A stretch of 64,000 nt of DNA from an uncultured Rhabdochlamydiaceae bacterium (lineage in GTDB: Bacteria; Chlamydiota; Chlamydiia; Chlamydiales; Rhabdochlamydiaceae): assembly GCA_963712275.1 (NCBI GenBank), contig CAVQHD010000001.1:512001-576000 (forward strand), given 5' to 3'. Every line of letters starts with the position of its first letter. Within the stretch, counting starts at the first letter, position 1. The position numbers were made by a program, and so were the translations under genes. The notes under the pieces are model-generated. The model was not told the origin of the DNA and made no database searches. It worked only from the letters and a program-made list of their open reading frames with translations. Of this stretch, positions 62,818 to 64,000 are shown piece by piece.

Positions 62818-64000
62818 TTAACCTAGGACTTTAAACTCACCTTGCCGAACTTGATCAGGAATGGGTTTGGTTTCGACAACACGTTGCAAGACCTCAAGGG
62901 CATGTTTAATAAACATAGCGCGACTGTCGATAATCGGTTGCTCTTTGACAATAAAAGGAGCAGCAATAATATTAACCATGATGTTTTGAAGAGATTCAGC
63001 AGTTGAATCCTTTAATTTGCCTGTTAGGTAGAGGTAGTGAAGTATTAGGATGGCTTTGAAGGCTCCGCCTCGGTCAATATCGTCTTTGCAATGCGCTTCT
63101 AAAATAGAGATGTCGAGTATGTCAAGAAGAGAAAGGGTCATGTGAGCGTAGGTAAAAAGAATAAAAGCTTGATATTCTCCTAATGATTTAAGAATAAGAT
63201 GATCCTTGAAATAAAGCTCATGAACTTCCTCCATGATTTCAGAGAAATGCTTCGGAGTAAACTTTTGGCGAGTTCTAACAGACATACCAAATCCTGTAAT
63301 CTCGAGTTTCCCAAACAGGTTTTCGGAAAAAGTGGACTTGACGATTCTTATTGGCTCAGATTGATAATTTTTGGGATGGAAAAATTTTCCGTCCAGGCGA
63401 AGGGCGATTGGGAAGAAGTTGGTGCGTTCTTTTGCTAACTCAAGACGGGCTTGGACTCTTGCGCTCTCATCACCCACCACTTTAAGATCTCCATCTTCAA
63501 AAATGAGGTGAAGAATATTTTGTTTCTTGGCTAGGGCAGTGTCAATAAAGACCTGATAATCGGGGTTGATGGGGGGAATGCTGTTACCTGCCCATCCTTG
63601 GAATGCTCGAAAAGCAAATGCGATACCTTCAGTCTGCTCAACTGGAACCCCATGTCGTAGAATCGTTACAACGCGATTGAGTTCACAAAACTGTCCATAA
63701 ATGTAAGGAATATTACTTCCTGAAAGGGGATCAAAACCGATATTGGCAAAACCCCTTGCTTTTGTGCTTACTCGTTTGAATGAAGAATAGTATGACTCAG
63801 TTTCCATTTTTTTCTTGATCACAGCATTTCTGGCTTGGAGTTCCTCCCAGAAATTTTCAAGAGAAAGAGATTTAAAAGGTCCAGATACACTTGTAACAAG
63901 TTCTTCACAATATCTATATAGTCGCAATCCAGCAAAACGTACATAGCACAGGTGTGCAACCCAGGTAATACATGGATGTGCGACCCAGGTAATACATGGA
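62818..64000 (-). CDS. Hypothetical protein with CX5R motif (5' end outside window)
   Basis: Frame stays open to the window edge; HCKDDIDRGG near the C-terminus. Confidence 0.65.
   Translation of the reverse strand, partial: PCITWVAHPCITWVAHLCYVRFAGLRLYRYCEELVTSVSGPFKSLSLENFWEELQARNAVIKKKMETESYYSSFKRVSTKARGFANIGFDPLSGSNIPYIYGQFCELNRVVTILRHGVPVEQTEGIAFAFRAFQGWAGNSIPPINPDYQVFIDTALAKKQNILHLIFEDGDLKVVGDESARVQARLELAKERTNFFPIALRLDGKFFHPKNYQSEPIRIVKSTFSENLFGKLEITGFGMSVRTRQKFTPKHFSEIMEEVHELYFKDHLILKSLGEYQAFILFTYAHMTLSLLDILDISILEAHCKDDIDRGGAFKAILILHYLYLTGKLKDSTAESLQNIMVNIIAAPFIVKEQPIIDSRAMFIKHALEVLQRVVETKPIPDQVRQGEFKVLG
63953..64000. repeat. 24-bp tandem repeat (at least 2 copies, cut by window edge)
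   Basis: TGTGC(A/G)ACCCAGGTAATACATGGA x2; encodes PCITWVAH twice in frame on the minus strand. Confidence 0.85.

Noticed and set aside
63953..64000. Possible CRISPR array
   Set aside because: The repeats are directly adjacent with no spacers, in frame within a CDS, and no cas genes are present.

Overview
Chromosomal segment of an environmental chlamydia (phylum Chlamydiota), inferred from the long chlamydial-type GreA, the glmU-like/ispA and recA/YjbH pairs, a divergent GroEL paralog and eukaryote-like effectors. It carries housekeeping genes (ung, ispA, recA, greA, rdgB, rodA, birA, rpoN, uvrD, putA, trkAH, ahpC, eno), two tRNAs (Pro-GGG, Arg-ACG), a complete N-ATPase operon and three toxin-antitoxin-type loci. 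Candidate effectors include F-box/ankyrin-like, OTU deubiquitinase, LRR, kinase-like and CX5R proteins, plus a G-tract-frameshifted autotransporter. A DnaA-box cluster at about 6.3-6.5 kb looks like oriC. The most striking signal is a set of long palindromic elements. A GxxExxY (PD-(D/E)XK-type) nuclease gene is enclosed by 117-bp near-perfect inverted arms (58456-59104), and a gene-less hairpin of the same family sits at 11399-11504. Together these suggest an autonomous/non-autonomous element pair built around a nuclease not known to me as a transposase. At least three further, unrelated hairpin/MITE families insert at stop codons or in frame inside genes. All calls are by eye from the sequence; no database searches were run.
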